Source: Lobosporangium transversale
Lineage: Eukaryota
Assembly (NCBI RefSeq): GCF_002105155.1
Contig: NW_019029017.1
Coordinates: forward strand, 186,001-250,000
DNA: 64,000 bases
Direction of reading: 5' to 3'
Both the position numbers and the translations under genes were made by a program. Numbering within the stretch: position 1 is the stretch's first letter; every line of letters begins with the position of its first letter. Below are positions 1-12,246 of this stretch, one piece after another. The notes beneath the pieces were generated by a model. That model searched no databases. It saw only the letters and a list, made by a program, of their open reading frames with translations, and had not been told where the DNA came from.

Positions 1-20
1 ACTACTTTTTGTTCACTCAG

Positions 21-839
21 GTCGACTGTCGAGTGAGAGCACCTGCGGTTTTTTACATGACAGTTGTTCATGTGATTCTGGGCTATATTGTCATTCTCAT
101 CCCCATCATTTTATGCTTGGCTGTCATCCTATGTTTGCCATTGGTGCTCCATATCATGCGTGCTCTGGATCTAGGCCCTGTTGTAGGGGTCAAAGGAGCA
201 ACCGACGAAATGATTGATGCTATCCCAATTGTCAAATATCGCAGACCTGTTGAAGTAGCAACGAATGAGAGCACTCGAAGCACAGTGGTGGATTTAAGTT
301 CGACGGATGATAGGATTGAAGCAGGAACGCCTTTGTCAATCATAGCTCCTACAACTAGCGCTCCATCAGCTGTATTGGGTGCACCCAATTCATCTTCAGT
401 ACCACAGTCTGCACCCCAAACACCAAAGAGAGGTCTATTTGGGTTTTATAAGAGAGGCAAAAAGTTGTCTGGAACGAACAAGAATAGTGATGGGTCTCTA
501 CCCTCACAGGATAGCAATTCGGTCGAATATTTGACGTTGTCAGACCCGCAGGATGCGATTTGTGCGATCTGTCTTTGTGACTATGAGAATGAGGAAGTTT
601 TGCGAAAGATGAACTGTAACCATTACTTTCACAAGGATTGTGTGGATGAATGGCTGCGGTTGAATAGATGCTGTCCACTATGTAAACGCGATATTGAGGA
701 GCTTGCAGGAGTGCGGGAGCCAACAGATACGAACACAGGAACAGGAACACAAGCAACGACCTCTTCACCATTGTCTTCATCACCTTCTCCAACTCTGCCA
801 TCTGTGTCGCAACCTACTATGACTGGATCTCGTTCATGA
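21..839 (+). CDS. RING-H2 E3 ubiquitin ligase, probably membrane-anchored; 3' exon only, gene begins upstream of the window
   Basis: Motif CAIC-x14-CNHYFHKDC-x10-CPLC (RING-H2), preceded by a hydrophobic TM-like segment and GATDEMIDAIP; splice acceptor CAG at 18-20. Confidence 0.85.
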   Translation, partial: VDCRVRAPAVFYMTVVHVILGYIVILIPIILCLAVILCLPLVLHIMRALDLGPVVGVKGATDEMIDAIPIVKYRRPVEVATNESTRSTVVDLSSTDDRIEAGTPLSIIAPTTSAPSAVLGAPNSSSVPQSAPQTPKRGLFGFYKRGKKLSGTNKNSDGSLPSQDSNSVEYLTLSDPQDAICAICLCDYENEEVLRKMNCNHYFHKDCVDEWLRLNRCCPLCKRDIEELAGVREPTDTNTGTGTQATTSSPLSSSPSPTLPSVSQPTMTGSRS

Positions 840-869
840 TTATCCAGGTGAACATAATCAATTTACGAC

Positions 870-904
<35 letters not shown>

Positions 905-3900
905 TTACAAAGCCTGTGCCTGTAATTGTAAAAATGTATTCTAGAAGAAAATAAATAAATAAATAAATAAAAGACAATGTACGTCATGATCATCGGGGGA
1001 GGTTAAAAAATAAGGGGGCGTAGTGTTCTTTAAAAGTTGTTTGTTAAAAAGTCGAAAGAATGACCGGAGCTTACGACTGTCGAAACTTCACCATTGTACT
1101 TTCTTGGTCCAAAAATGGACTGGATTGTCAAGAAGTTTGTTCATTACGTGAGGCACTTGAGCAGCTACATGTACTTGCAATACTTTAAAGGGCATGGTTC
1201 AAAAACAAAAACAAAAGATCCCCTATTTTTTTTTTTTCTTTTCTTTTTTACTTCTCACAATAAGTATATATCCGTATATGGTATGTGGCAGGCCATTAGT
1301 TAACGCCATGATGTTGTCTGTTCTTTCCCTTTGTACTCCAAGGGACGAGGTACTTAAAGAAAGAGAGAGAGGAGAGATGATGTTCATGCATTTTGAGAGA
1401 TTATAGGCAATGACGGACAAACATCAACTCAACCGAGAAGGACGCAGATGTTGTTGATATGCTGATAGAGCATAAATATAAACAAAGAGTTTGTTCGATT
1501 ATTATTATTATTATTATTATTATTTTGTCTATCACCGAGTAATGACTTGCCTAGCAATAATCATGCACAATGTGGAAGGAGAGAGAGTCTGTTGTGAAAA
1601 GATAAATAATAAGAAGGTACAATAGTCCGCAAAATAAATAAGAAAACGATGCCAAAGAGTAAATAGAAAACAAAGGTGCTCTATGTTCATGTATGATGTA
1701 TAATATAATATATTCATGATGAGTTTAGTTAGTGAGGGTTCCAACAGAGCTTTAAACTGCTCATGGAGATTCCTCATGACAATTAACTCCAGATCCGTTA
1801 TTCAGAACAAATTTCTTTCATCTTTGAAAAGTAACGCCTACACACATTATATTTACAAAACTTGTACACAACAGGAAAAGGCTACAAAAAAAAAAGCGCA
1901 ACTTTGCTAGCCTAGAGATCACAAAGATTGTCAATATGATATAAACATATTTGTGTAGTTCTACTGAACAATGTCGCTGAACCATGCATAAAACAATGTT
2001 GTATGTCGAATGCGAAAAGTAACAAGTATGGGGAGGATCCTTTTTTTTTTTTTTTTTTTTTTTTCTTTCTAGAGTGATATAAAGAATAAAAAAGAGGAGT
2101 TGGCCTTGCGCTCAAGCCAACAGGTTCTCTTGGAGTGGATCATTGTTCCTTTTCTTTTTTTTTACTATTGTCCCCACTAATGTAGCATATAAACGTTCTT
2201 GTAAAAAAAAAACCGTTGGAATGCTATTTTGGTTGAGATATCATATTATTATATCATTATTGTTTGTTAGTGCAAATTTCTAATACGAAACACGCTTCGA
2301 CGCGATTTTTTTTCTTCTCCTAATGAAGGATATACAAAATTAAAGAATCGTGGTGTCTTATGAGGTAGACCTGGAATTATGGGGAAAGAGAGAGAGAAGG
2401 GAACTGGAGGGAAAGGCGGGGCAGCGAGAGTAGGATGAAGGAGAGAAGAAGGCTTTAGATGAGAAAAGGTTCAATGTTGCAGAATAAAAGAAATGAGGCG
2501 TTAATTGGAACAGGATCTTGACAACCCTTGCTTTGTATACGACAAGTATAATAATATACATGTGTGTATAATTTGATCCTTCTCACCTTTTTTTTTTTTT
2601 TTTTTTTTTTTTTTCCCGTAACAAGTTCTCCTTTTTTTTTTTTTTTTTTTTTCTGCTGCAGACCCATGGTCAGTCGGACAAAATGCATAATGGGTGGACT
2701 TTTTTTTCTTTTTGAAATGGGCAACATTTTCAGATACAATAGTCGATTGACTTGATTTGCATTGACAATAGAGCTGCAGGAAGGTAAAGTAGGAAAGAGA
2801 ACACACACAACAAAGTTTCCATCCCATTCGTCCTCTGTCGCTTTGTACCTCCATCCTATCCCTTCTGGGCAACGATCCTTCACCCTTTTTTTTTTTTTTT
2901 TTCTCTTGACTCGAACATCTTTTTCGTCCTTATATGATTGTTCCCAGGTGGCTGGCAAGTTGTCATTCTACTCTTTGCTTATATGCTTGTCATCTTTTTC
3001 CCCCACATTTTTTTGATGTTGTTTATAGTATTTACATGTATATATGCATGAAGCTGGTTGGAACTTGAACCTTGGACAAACATTTTGTTTCGTTATCAAT
3101 TTCTCCACTTGCATCTTTTTTTTTTTTTTTTTTTAAAGACTCTTTGTCCGAGCTGAATCTATCGTGTTACAGAGAATTGTACTCCATGGCTTGTACATGT
3201 ACCTGACAGGTATGTTCGCTAGCCCTTGAAGTAGGGAATCAGAGATTGTTTTAACCTTGGTGTTTGTTCCCATTTTCCCGATTATTTTTGAAAAAGGGAA
3301 CAATGCGTTTCTCCCTTCTGTTCTCTCCTTCTCTCCTTCTCTCCTTCTCATCTCTTACTCACCATCATTGGAGGACAATAGTTCCATCTCCTACACGCCT
3401 AGAAAAATCTCGACCGTTTTTTTTTTTTTTTTTTTTTTCCATGCTCTCTTTATTTTTGCATCTTTTGTACGAGTGAACTTGAAGTATGTGATCAGTCCTG
3501 TCGTACATACTTCACACGTCCCTTACCCACAATCACCCCTTTTAGGGACTTTTTTTTTTTTTTTTTTTTTTGAAGTCATTGCCTCTCATCCTCTCATCTT
3601 CGCCTTTCTTTCTTGCCTTTCTACTTTTTATTATTATTATTACTATCATCATTATCACCTTTTTTTTCATTCATTCTTCGTTTCTGTGCTTTTTATTACA
3701 ACCAGATTCAACAACTCAGATTTCACAACAACCGTTTCTTCCTTTACTTCATCACTTCACAGTCCTTTTTAGTTGACAGTTGGTAAGTGTCTACGCTCAG
3801 TACACGCTTTTCTCTGTTTCTTTAGGCCTAATTGGCTCAGGGCCCATTCCCAGTCCAAAGCGACCCAGATTTTAATCCAAATCAATACGACATGACTTGA

Positions 3901-4401
3901 CCTTTATTTCATTTGTACTACTATACTTCAACTTTCCCAGTCATCACTGTCTCGCACCCTGCCTTCTTTTTTTTTTTTTTTTTTTACTTTGTGTGTTCCA
4001 AAGCATTGCTTCCATATCTCCAATTCTCACACCCTTTTTGCTTTGTCGGATTCCCCTGATCTGCTTTTGGGTTGTGTGCTCATTTGATTCCACACTATTT
4101 AAACTACTTCACTCCATTCACTATAAATAACAACTTCAGCAAATAAACAAACGATCCACTCGCACTTTTTTTTATTTCTTTTTTCTTTTTTCTCCTATAT
4201 TTCTTTCTTTTCTTACTTTCTTTCTTTCTTTCTTTCTCTCTGCAATCTTCCATTGTACTCATTCTATCTTGACTTTCTTTTTCTTTTCCTTTTTTTTTTA
4301 TTCTTCTTCAATCGCATCGAATCCATATTTTCCATTGTTTCCAATCGTTGATTTTTTTCAATCCGACTGTTCCTAAAATTTGTTCTTCTACAATTCTGCG
4401 T

Positions 4402-6526
4402 ATGGGGATTGTAGACCAACCTGAGCTGATCCTTTCAACAACTACAGCAGCCACAGCAGCTACAGCAACTACAGCAACAATAGCAATAATAGCAACAGCA
4501 ACAGCAACAACAACAACGACAATCATCTGTATCCATTCTGCTATTTCTACAACCTCCAAACCTCATTGCAGGACTAGGACTATGCGTACCGCTACGCCGG
4601 GATTCGAGTCTGCACTTCACACCCACCACACACACCATCACCATTCCCACCTATCACACCTTTCACACCTTTCACACCAACCTGTGCTCATTACCACAAC
4701 GACGGGATCTGCTCTTGACACATCGGTTCCTGAGCAAAGGCTCAAACACCGGTTGCACAAGATCATTAGGATCCCATCGAATGTGGCCCAAACACATTCT
4801 CGCATGACTCCCATCAAACTCAGCATTAGTCGTCTTGACCGACGGAAACCACTCACCGGCCTGAAACTCAATCCTTCTCTTTCAAGCACGCCCGATGCTC
4901 TAGTCCCTATTATGAAGTCTAATAGTTCGAGCGTGTTTGTAGCAGAGTCGGTCGCGCAACCGACCAGCACAGCCACCGTTCCTATTATGACTGCAACTAC
5001 AGCAATAGGAATTATTGATCGAGGCGAAGTAGACGAAGGAATCGGAGGTACAATGGCGGAGATAAAAGAGGAAAACTCAATGTTGTCACTGAACCTTGGA
5101 AGCACCTTGGCAACACTCGCTACTACTTCGATTGTAGCAGCTGATGATCCAACTTTCTTGAGAGGAAAAAATGAGACACAACATCATCACCATGGATCTA
5201 GAAATAGCAGCAGCAGTAGTGGTACAAAACATGACATCGATGTTGAGGACAGCAGTGACGACAAGAAAAACAAGGGATATGACACTCAAATGGCTCCTCC
5301 TCGCGAAGGCTTTACTGTCTCGACCTCGCTTTTTGCTAGAGTCAAGGCTAGAGTTCTTCAGCAGAGTAGTCCAAAGCAATCTCGAAATCAGCGTTCTACT
5401 ACCCAAAAACAATCGTCGCCAGAAGAGAGTCGTGGTAGTAACCAGGAGGAGAATTTGACCACGGTCTCTGTAAAGGGGTCCAAAATTGACTCTGCAGAGG
5501 TGGAGAGCAATGCGAGCCATAGTAACCCCAATACACTTTCTTCGGGGACCAACCATTTCAATGACTGTGTGCAACATGATCAAGATCGGGATAGTGACAG
5601 CACAGCAACGGATTTAGAAGACATTACAGCGATGGCGATAGCAGCAGCATCATCAGCCCGCTTCCGTCAGCGTAAATATTCCTTTGGACCTCATTATAAT
5701 GCTGTTGTGATGAACCCAAATAATAATAGTCATGGTGATGATGATTACAACAGCGGGTTAGACCATCAGATGAACAAAAGCAGTATCATCGATGAGTGGG
5801 ATACAAGCGCACTGACAAAAGCAGAGCATGCGATGGCAGAGTTGATAATTACTGAAGAAATTATGGAGGAGCGGGAGGAGGATGAGGTCATCCTAATCAA
5901 CGATCTGGCTGACAAGGAACAAGATCCTGTTCAGCTCTTTGAACAGGTTTTGACCCGACACCATCTGACTGAAGAGGCGATAACAGCGTCATTACAGGAA
6001 TTGAGACAGTTGATCCTCGCATTCGGTATTCCTGATCAGGTACAGTCAACTTTTTTTATTTCTTTTATATTTTTATATTTTTTATTGCCATTGATTGCAT
6101 TGCATTGCATGATAATGAAATACGCAAAGAGTAAGAAGGAGCAATGCTTTATTTCACTTCTTTGATCATTACCATCCCTGTTTTGTCATCCTTTTTTGAG
6201 TATTATTACATTTCCTGTCGTTTGTAAAAAAGAGTTAATTATTCTATTTGCTCAGAGCAAAAAGAAAACAAAAACAAAAACAACCTTCCAGCAAAGCTTA
6301 GTTGGAAACAAATTACCTTTCCACTCCCCCCCTTTTCCCTGTCTCTAGTAGGATGCTATCAATCTGAGCGTTCTGTTGTCATCGATGTCACCGTTGTTGT
6401 CATCGTTCTTTTAGTGTCTTTTTTTTTTTTTTTTTTTTTTTCTAATTTTTATTTTATCTGTATTACACGATTCTTCTTTTTTTTTTTTTTCTGTCTGATG
6501 ATGAATGGGTTAACTGTGCGGCATTG

Positions 6527-6561
<35 letters not shown>

Positions 6562-7620
6562 CTCAACGGTTTTTTTTTAAAAGAGTAAAAAAGAGATTCC
6601 TCACCACATGCACATGTAAGAAGAGGAAAACAACGAGAGAAGCAATGCCAAAGTATCCTTTCATTCTGCCATCATTTTTTTCATTTACTTATTGGCAATT
6701 TACTGTGGACCACACAGACCACATAGGCCACACAGACCACATATTACGCATAGTTGCACAAAGGAAAACCCATTGGCTCTTCCTCCTTCCAATTCTTTTT
6801 CACATGGATTGTTATATCATCTTTCCTGTGGGTAGAATAGAGCAGAGTTTTCCGTGGCTCCATGAATTTTTCTTTTCTTTTCTTCAAATTCATTGCTTCT
6901 TGTCTATAAGCTTTTAAGGGAAAGGCAAAGAAGAAAAGAGAGAGAAAGAAAGAGAGACCAATCAAACAACAAACAACAAATAACAAAACAACAGCCATCC
7001 ACCTAAACAAACAAACAAAAAGTAGGGCTGGAGAACATCGTTAAAGTTCTCTTTTTATTTATTCTTGTGTGTACAAGGAAAGATCAATGCTTCCTCCCGT
7101 TGTATTAGAATCAGGATACTTGAGAGAGAGAGAGAGAGAGATAACAAGAAAAAAGTCCTTCCTCACCCATGGCTATGACATCGCTTTCCTTGTTATATTC
7201 ACTCTTTATTTCTGTGCTTCTTTTGTCTTTTCATCTTTTTTATCATATTATTTACTTCTACAAATGGTATCCATATTAACTTTTTTTTTCTTTTTCTTTT
7301 CCTTTTTCCTTCCCTTCTTTCTGATAAAAAAAAAAAAAAAAAAAAAAATGAGCTTAGCCAAAAGACCAGTCCAAGTCATCATTGATCCGCGGCAAGTGCT
7401 GGAAATTGCTTTTGGAGGTGCATCATGTCTCTGCACAAGAATACGTCTCATTAGTGAAGCAAGGCAAACCCGAGGAATACGACAAAATCCGAAATGATAC
7501 CTTTCGCACCTTAGCCACGGACCGTAAGTTTACGGATGTGGTTGAGGAAGATAGCTTGATTCGCGTCCTTTGTGCCTTTGCTTGGAGCACACAAGGTAAG
7601 ACGAAATATAGGGATTGACC

Positions 7621-7658
<38 letters not shown>

Positions 7659-8110
7659 CGTATCTCGATGCTATCATTTGTTTAACAAGAGAATTTACCA
7701 CTCTATATCTTTACTTTCCTCTTCAATTACTTAGCTACGACAGCCCTTGAATCGGACGTATCGTTTACTTATGTACAGGGAATGAATGTGCTGGCCGCTC
7801 CATTCCTGTACACGATGTCTGAGATGGAGGCATTCTACTCGTACTCCAACTTGATCAGATATTGTTGTCCACTCTATGTCCAGCCTGCACTCCAGGGCGT
7901 TCATTGCGGTACTAAGGTATGTGGTATTAAGAGCACGTTATTGCTTGTTTTCCAAGGCTGTAACGTCATTTAAACAAACTGAACATGTTATTTTTCACTC
8001 TCTTGATCATTTACAGTTGCTCGAAGAGTGCTTACGTAAGATCGATAATGAACTCTACGAATATCTAAAGTCAAAGAACTTGTCTGCTGAAGTGTATGCA
8101 TTTCCATGTA

Positions 8111-8141
<31 letters not shown>

Positions 8142-8772
8142 GGTTTTGTTTTTTAGTACATATTAGTGCTTATTATGCATTGAGTTTTTGTTTAGTTTCT
8201 TACGAGACAATGCATGGCACATGAGCGCACAAGGTCTTTCACTTACTAGTTTTTTATTTTCTTATTTTTCTATTTTGCAAATGGAATGATATTGTGACAT
8301 AATATAGCTGTGTTGACTCTTTGTGCATGCACACCTCCATTGGAACAGGCACTACAGCTGTGGGATTTTTTGCTGGCCTGGGGCATCCACCTCAACATCA
8401 TTTGCATCATTGCGCAGCTGTATTTGATCCGTGATGAGCTTTTAAGCCACGCCAGGTACCTTTTTGTTTTTTATTTTTTAAATTTATCCATTGTTGCATG
8501 GGGCAACGATCGAAGATAAAAAAAAAGAAAAAAAAAGAAAAACTCATACTTGTAGTGTGGCATACTGACATTTCACTCATTCTACTTTACTTTCTTTTTT
8601 TCTTTTTTTTTTTTTTTTAAAAAGTCCGATGAAGCTTTTACGTATTTTTCCAGACCTGGATGCGGACAAGATTATTCGGGAGACGATCAGGATGATCAAA
8701 CTCTTGCCGGACGAGCTGTACGATCTCCTGGTGCGTCACCCCTATGATCCAACGGTTGCGGAGCAAATTAAC
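4402..8772 (+). CDS. BUB2: Bub2/Cdc16-like TBC-domain GAP with long low-complexity N-terminus; exons ~4402-6040, 7358-7595, 7735-7916, 8017-8107, 8308-8455, 8625-8772
   Basis: Spliced product contains IRGKCWKLLL, KIRNDTFRTL, YVQGMNVLAAPF, CPLYVQP, YAFP, ACTPPL..LQLWDFLLAWG and LLVRHPYD, typical of the Bub2/Cdc16 subfamily. Start codon is uncertain (4402 or 4582). Confidence 0.85.
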
Positions 8773-9301
8773 TGGTGAAAAACCGTCTTATTTGCTTTGT
8801 TGTTTCTTTGTTTGTTGTTGTACTTGTTTACCATAATCTCTCTCTCTCTTTTTATATATATATATATCATATTTGATCATTTTGCGCATCTATCCATTTC
8901 CTTTTAGTTGTAGTCCTGTTTTGTTTCTTGTATTATCATATAGATCCATATTCCATGCATTTTCGTTAGTTATATATATATATATATATATTATTTTTAA
9001 GGCGCTGTATTATTACAAAATATCTAATATACCAAGTCATTTCACCAGTTGTTTCAAAAGAAAAGAAAAGAAAGCCATAAAGAGTTATATATTTTATTTC
9101 TTATTCCTATTATGTTTCTTTTTTTTTTTTTTTTTTTTTTTGTTTCTGTTTATTAAGGAAAAAAAAAAAAAAAAAAAAAAAAAAGATCTGTACAAGGGAT
9201 GTAATGAATGGTTGCCCAGCCAGAGTTGTCTATGGGAAAATATATGCAGTGCATAGACGTAGAGTTTAGAGTTTAAAGTTCTTTGATATCTCTTATTACC
9301 A

Positions 9302-10240
9302 TTAGTTCTCTTTGGACTGCTGATCAACTATTTGTTGACTCTTCTTTATACTCTCTTCCTCCTGCTCAAGGATCTCCTTTGGGATCCATTCCAACATGCC
9401 CTCTGCAGCATTTTCTAGAGCCAATTCCATCTCTGTCTTGGGTTGGTGACCTTTGGTTGAATGAAGGGTAGTGTCGTTATTGTTTGTCAAAGGCGATGAG
9501 GTCTCACCATCCTTAACCAATTGATAGTCCCTTGTGAACTTCCTGACGGTCTCACCATGTTCCTTAACAAGATCCTCGACTGTGACGCCCCGGGTCTTGA
9601 ACCAACCGAGATGATCGGCAATCAAATGTCTGTTTTTACAATGATCACATTGCATAATAACGACACCGTGATTATAAGCATGTTTGGACATGGTCTTGTG
9701 AGAACGGTGGTTGCAAACTGTGCAAGTGAAACCAATCAGTAGCCGGGCCTTTGGATCTGTGTTGGGAGGGATTGGATTCTGATGTTGATGTTGGAATCCA
9801 TCGTCCCCCATTACTTTAGCTTTAACTTTGGTACTTGTGGCTTCTTCTTCTTCTTCTTTTTCCAAGGTCTCTTTTGTAGGGTGAAGATCGTTATTGACAT
9901 TGTTATAATTGTTTCGTTGGTGTTGATCCAGTGTACGGATGGAGACATGATATAGACGGAGACTAAGGGTAGGATAGGATCCAGATATTGACAATGGCAA
10001 TGGTAATGGTGGTAGTAATGATGATAATCTGTTCGGTCTTGAGGATGGCAGACAATTACGGGCAAGAGATAATAGAGAGGATCGAGAAGAGGATCTGATC
10101 AGATGTCCATGGTTTGTACAGTGTGCAGCTGCAGTTGTAGAGCGAGTTGAGAAGGATCGGAAAGAGCCTTTCGATACTACTCCAGCTGTTGTTTGCATAG
10201 AATGGAGGAGGGTTGGTATTCCGTGCATGGTTCTGTTCAT
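9302..10240 (-). CDS. ZIM17: Mitochondrial DNL-type zinc-finger Hsp70 escort protein (Zim17/Tim15/Hep1)
   Basis: FTCTVC..RSHKTMSKHAYNHGVVIMQCDHCKNRHLIADHLGWF is the zf-DNL signature; Arg/Ser-rich presequence-like N-terminus. Confidence 0.9.
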   Translation of the reverse strand: MNRTMHGIPTLLHSMQTTAGVVSKGSFRSFSTRSTTAAAHCTNHGHLIRSSSRSSLLSLARNCLPSSRPNRLSSLLPPLPLPLSISGSYPTLSLRLYHVSIRTLDQHQRNNYNNVNNDLHPTKETLEKEEEEEATSTKVKAKVMGDDGFQHQHQNPIPPNTDPKARLLIGFTCTVCNHRSHKTMSKHAYNHGVVIMQCDHCKNRHLIADHLGWFKTRGVTVEDLVKEHGETVRKFTRDYQLVKDGETSSPLTNNNDTTLHSTKGHQPKTEMELALENAAEGMLEWIPKEILEQEEESIKKSQQIVDQQSKEN

Positions 10241-10289
10241 GACTCTGTTGGGTTGTATAGAACGACTGCGGAGGTTAGTGAGTAAAATG

Positions 10290-10338
10290 TAAAGGGTAAA
10301 GGGTAAAGGGTAAAGGGTAAAGGGAAAAGGGAAAAGGG
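10290..10338 (+). repeat. (TAAAGGG)5(AAAAGGG)2 heptamer array
   Basis: Read directly from the sequence. Confidence 0.95.
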
Positions 10339-10592
10339 AAAAAGGATGAGCCTCTCCGGAAGAAGAGAAAAAGAAACAATGAAGGAATCAAGTAAAAATT
10401 AAAGTCACGCGGGCAGCTTCTTCCGTACCAGATCTACAAAAGAGATTTCTCCTCACATTCACACACAATCAAACAATCAACCCGCATTTCTTTCTTTACT
10501 TTGCTGTTTTCTAGCATACTCCTGTATATATATTTTTTTGTATTTTTTTTTTTTTTGTTTCTTCTTCATTGTTCATCCTTTTTGATCCAATC

Positions 10593-11786
10593 ATGGTCAA
10601 GTTCTATCAGCATACTTCCTCATTTGAACATGCATGGGACAATGTCACCTATGCCTTCTGGCTTCGCTATCCAAACCCTTTTGCTTCTCATGTCGTTGGT
10701 TGTGATGTCATCGACCGTCAAGTAGATCCCGAAACTGGTGTCTTGCGTACCACTCGATTGATTCTCAAGCAAGGTGTACTTCCTCGATGGGGACGACATG
10801 TAAGGACACTCTCTCGTCTGTTTTTAGTTGTTTTTTCTTTTTCTTTTTTTTTTTTTTTTTTTTTCTATTCCGACCAAAACAATATATGCAATCAACTAAC
10901 CGAAAAAAAAAAAAAAAAAAAAAAAAACGGACTTCTTTTTTATATTATATATATTATTATGTACCTTTGTCCTATAATAGTTGATCAAGAACTCTGATGC
11001 ATACATCATTGAAGAATCTGAGGTCGACCCGCGCACACAGACCATGGTCACTCGCACCAAGAACCTTAACCATGTGAGGGTGATGCAGGTTGAGGAAACC
11101 CAGATCTTCACAGTCCACCCTGAGAATCCAAAATGGTAAGTTTCGTTTCTAAATGATAACTTGAGATAAAATGCAATTGGGCCAAAAAAAAAGATATTGG
11201 TTAGAAAATTACAACTAGATGACATCTAAGCTCTGTCTGGTCTGGTCTGGTCTGGTCTGGTTTGGTTTGGTCATGTATGGTCTTGTATGGCCTTGTATGG
11301 TCCGATATGGACATTAATGTCTTGCATTTTTGTGTGTGGTCGTGTGCATCTTATTTCTGGGAGAAGATAAGGAAAAAAAAAAAAAAGTCAAAAAGGAAAT
11401 ATGAGCCATGGACGAGGAAATACAATTTGTCCTTTTTTGCCTTTTGCGACTATTAGAATCCTACTAGAGTCATTCACATGTCTTGAGATTGTTGGTATTG
11501 ATATTAATCTCGCTATTAACTTTTTACTAATGACTTTTTTTTTTTTTTTTTTTTTTGCTAAATCTGTCGGCACAACAGGACTCAAGTCAAGACAGAGGCA
11601 AGGATCATCAGTGAACTGCGCTGGGGTTTAACAGGACGAGTCGAGTCGTTTGGCATCAACAAGTTCATGGACAACTCTGTACGGGCAAGGAAAGGAATGG
11701 CCCATATCCTGGAACGCCTTCGACAAAACGCTGCTCTTGCAGGTACACCCGTTGTAGGAGCTGCCACTACTCCTGCTGATTGCTAA
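10593..11786 (+). CDS. PRELI/MSF1 family mitochondrial intermembrane-space lipid transfer protein (Ups1-like); exons ~10593-10799, 10981-11135, 11579-11786
   Basis: FWLRYPNPFASHVVGCDVIDRQVD..G.LRTTRLILKQG, EESEVDP..TMVTRTKNLNH, VESFG..KF..NS.RARKGM. Confidence 0.9.
11236..11271 (+). repeat. (TCTGG)n/(TTTGG)n pentamer microsatellite in intron 2 of the PRELI gene
   Basis: Read directly from the sequence. Confidence 0.9.
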
Positions 11787-12246
11787 ACAAAAAAGAGAAT
11801 GAAAAACAAAATCAAAATCAAAATCAAAATCAAAAAAAAAAAAAAAACTTTTGTTTCCCTCATTTGAATTTGATATCGCAACAGTATTCAAGCAAGAGAG
11901 ATATGTCAATGTTTTTTCACCATCGCCCTCTTCATCTCTTCAGATTCACATTGTATAATATACTGTCGTCCTCTCTGTCTGTCTCTTCATCCTTTTAACC
12001 ATTTATTTTTGCTGTCGCTGCCCCATTCGAAACCAAGGACATATTCAAGGGCAAACAATACCTGCAAAACCCATGACAAAGATTGTCATTCATGGAAAGG
12101 AAAAAAAGACAGAATTCTAGATACTTTTTCTTTTTCTTCTTTTTTTTTTTTTTTTTTCTTTTTTTTTTTTTCTATCTTGTTTGAAATAAACATTTGTATC
12201 ATATCCAAAATGATTATGAAAAAAAAAAAAAAAAAAAAAAAAGTTT

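Noticed and set aside
1094..4130. Many short poly-Phe/poly-Lys ORFs (also throughout introns)
   Set aside because: Artefacts of A/T homopolymers; no domain content or coherent splice structure.
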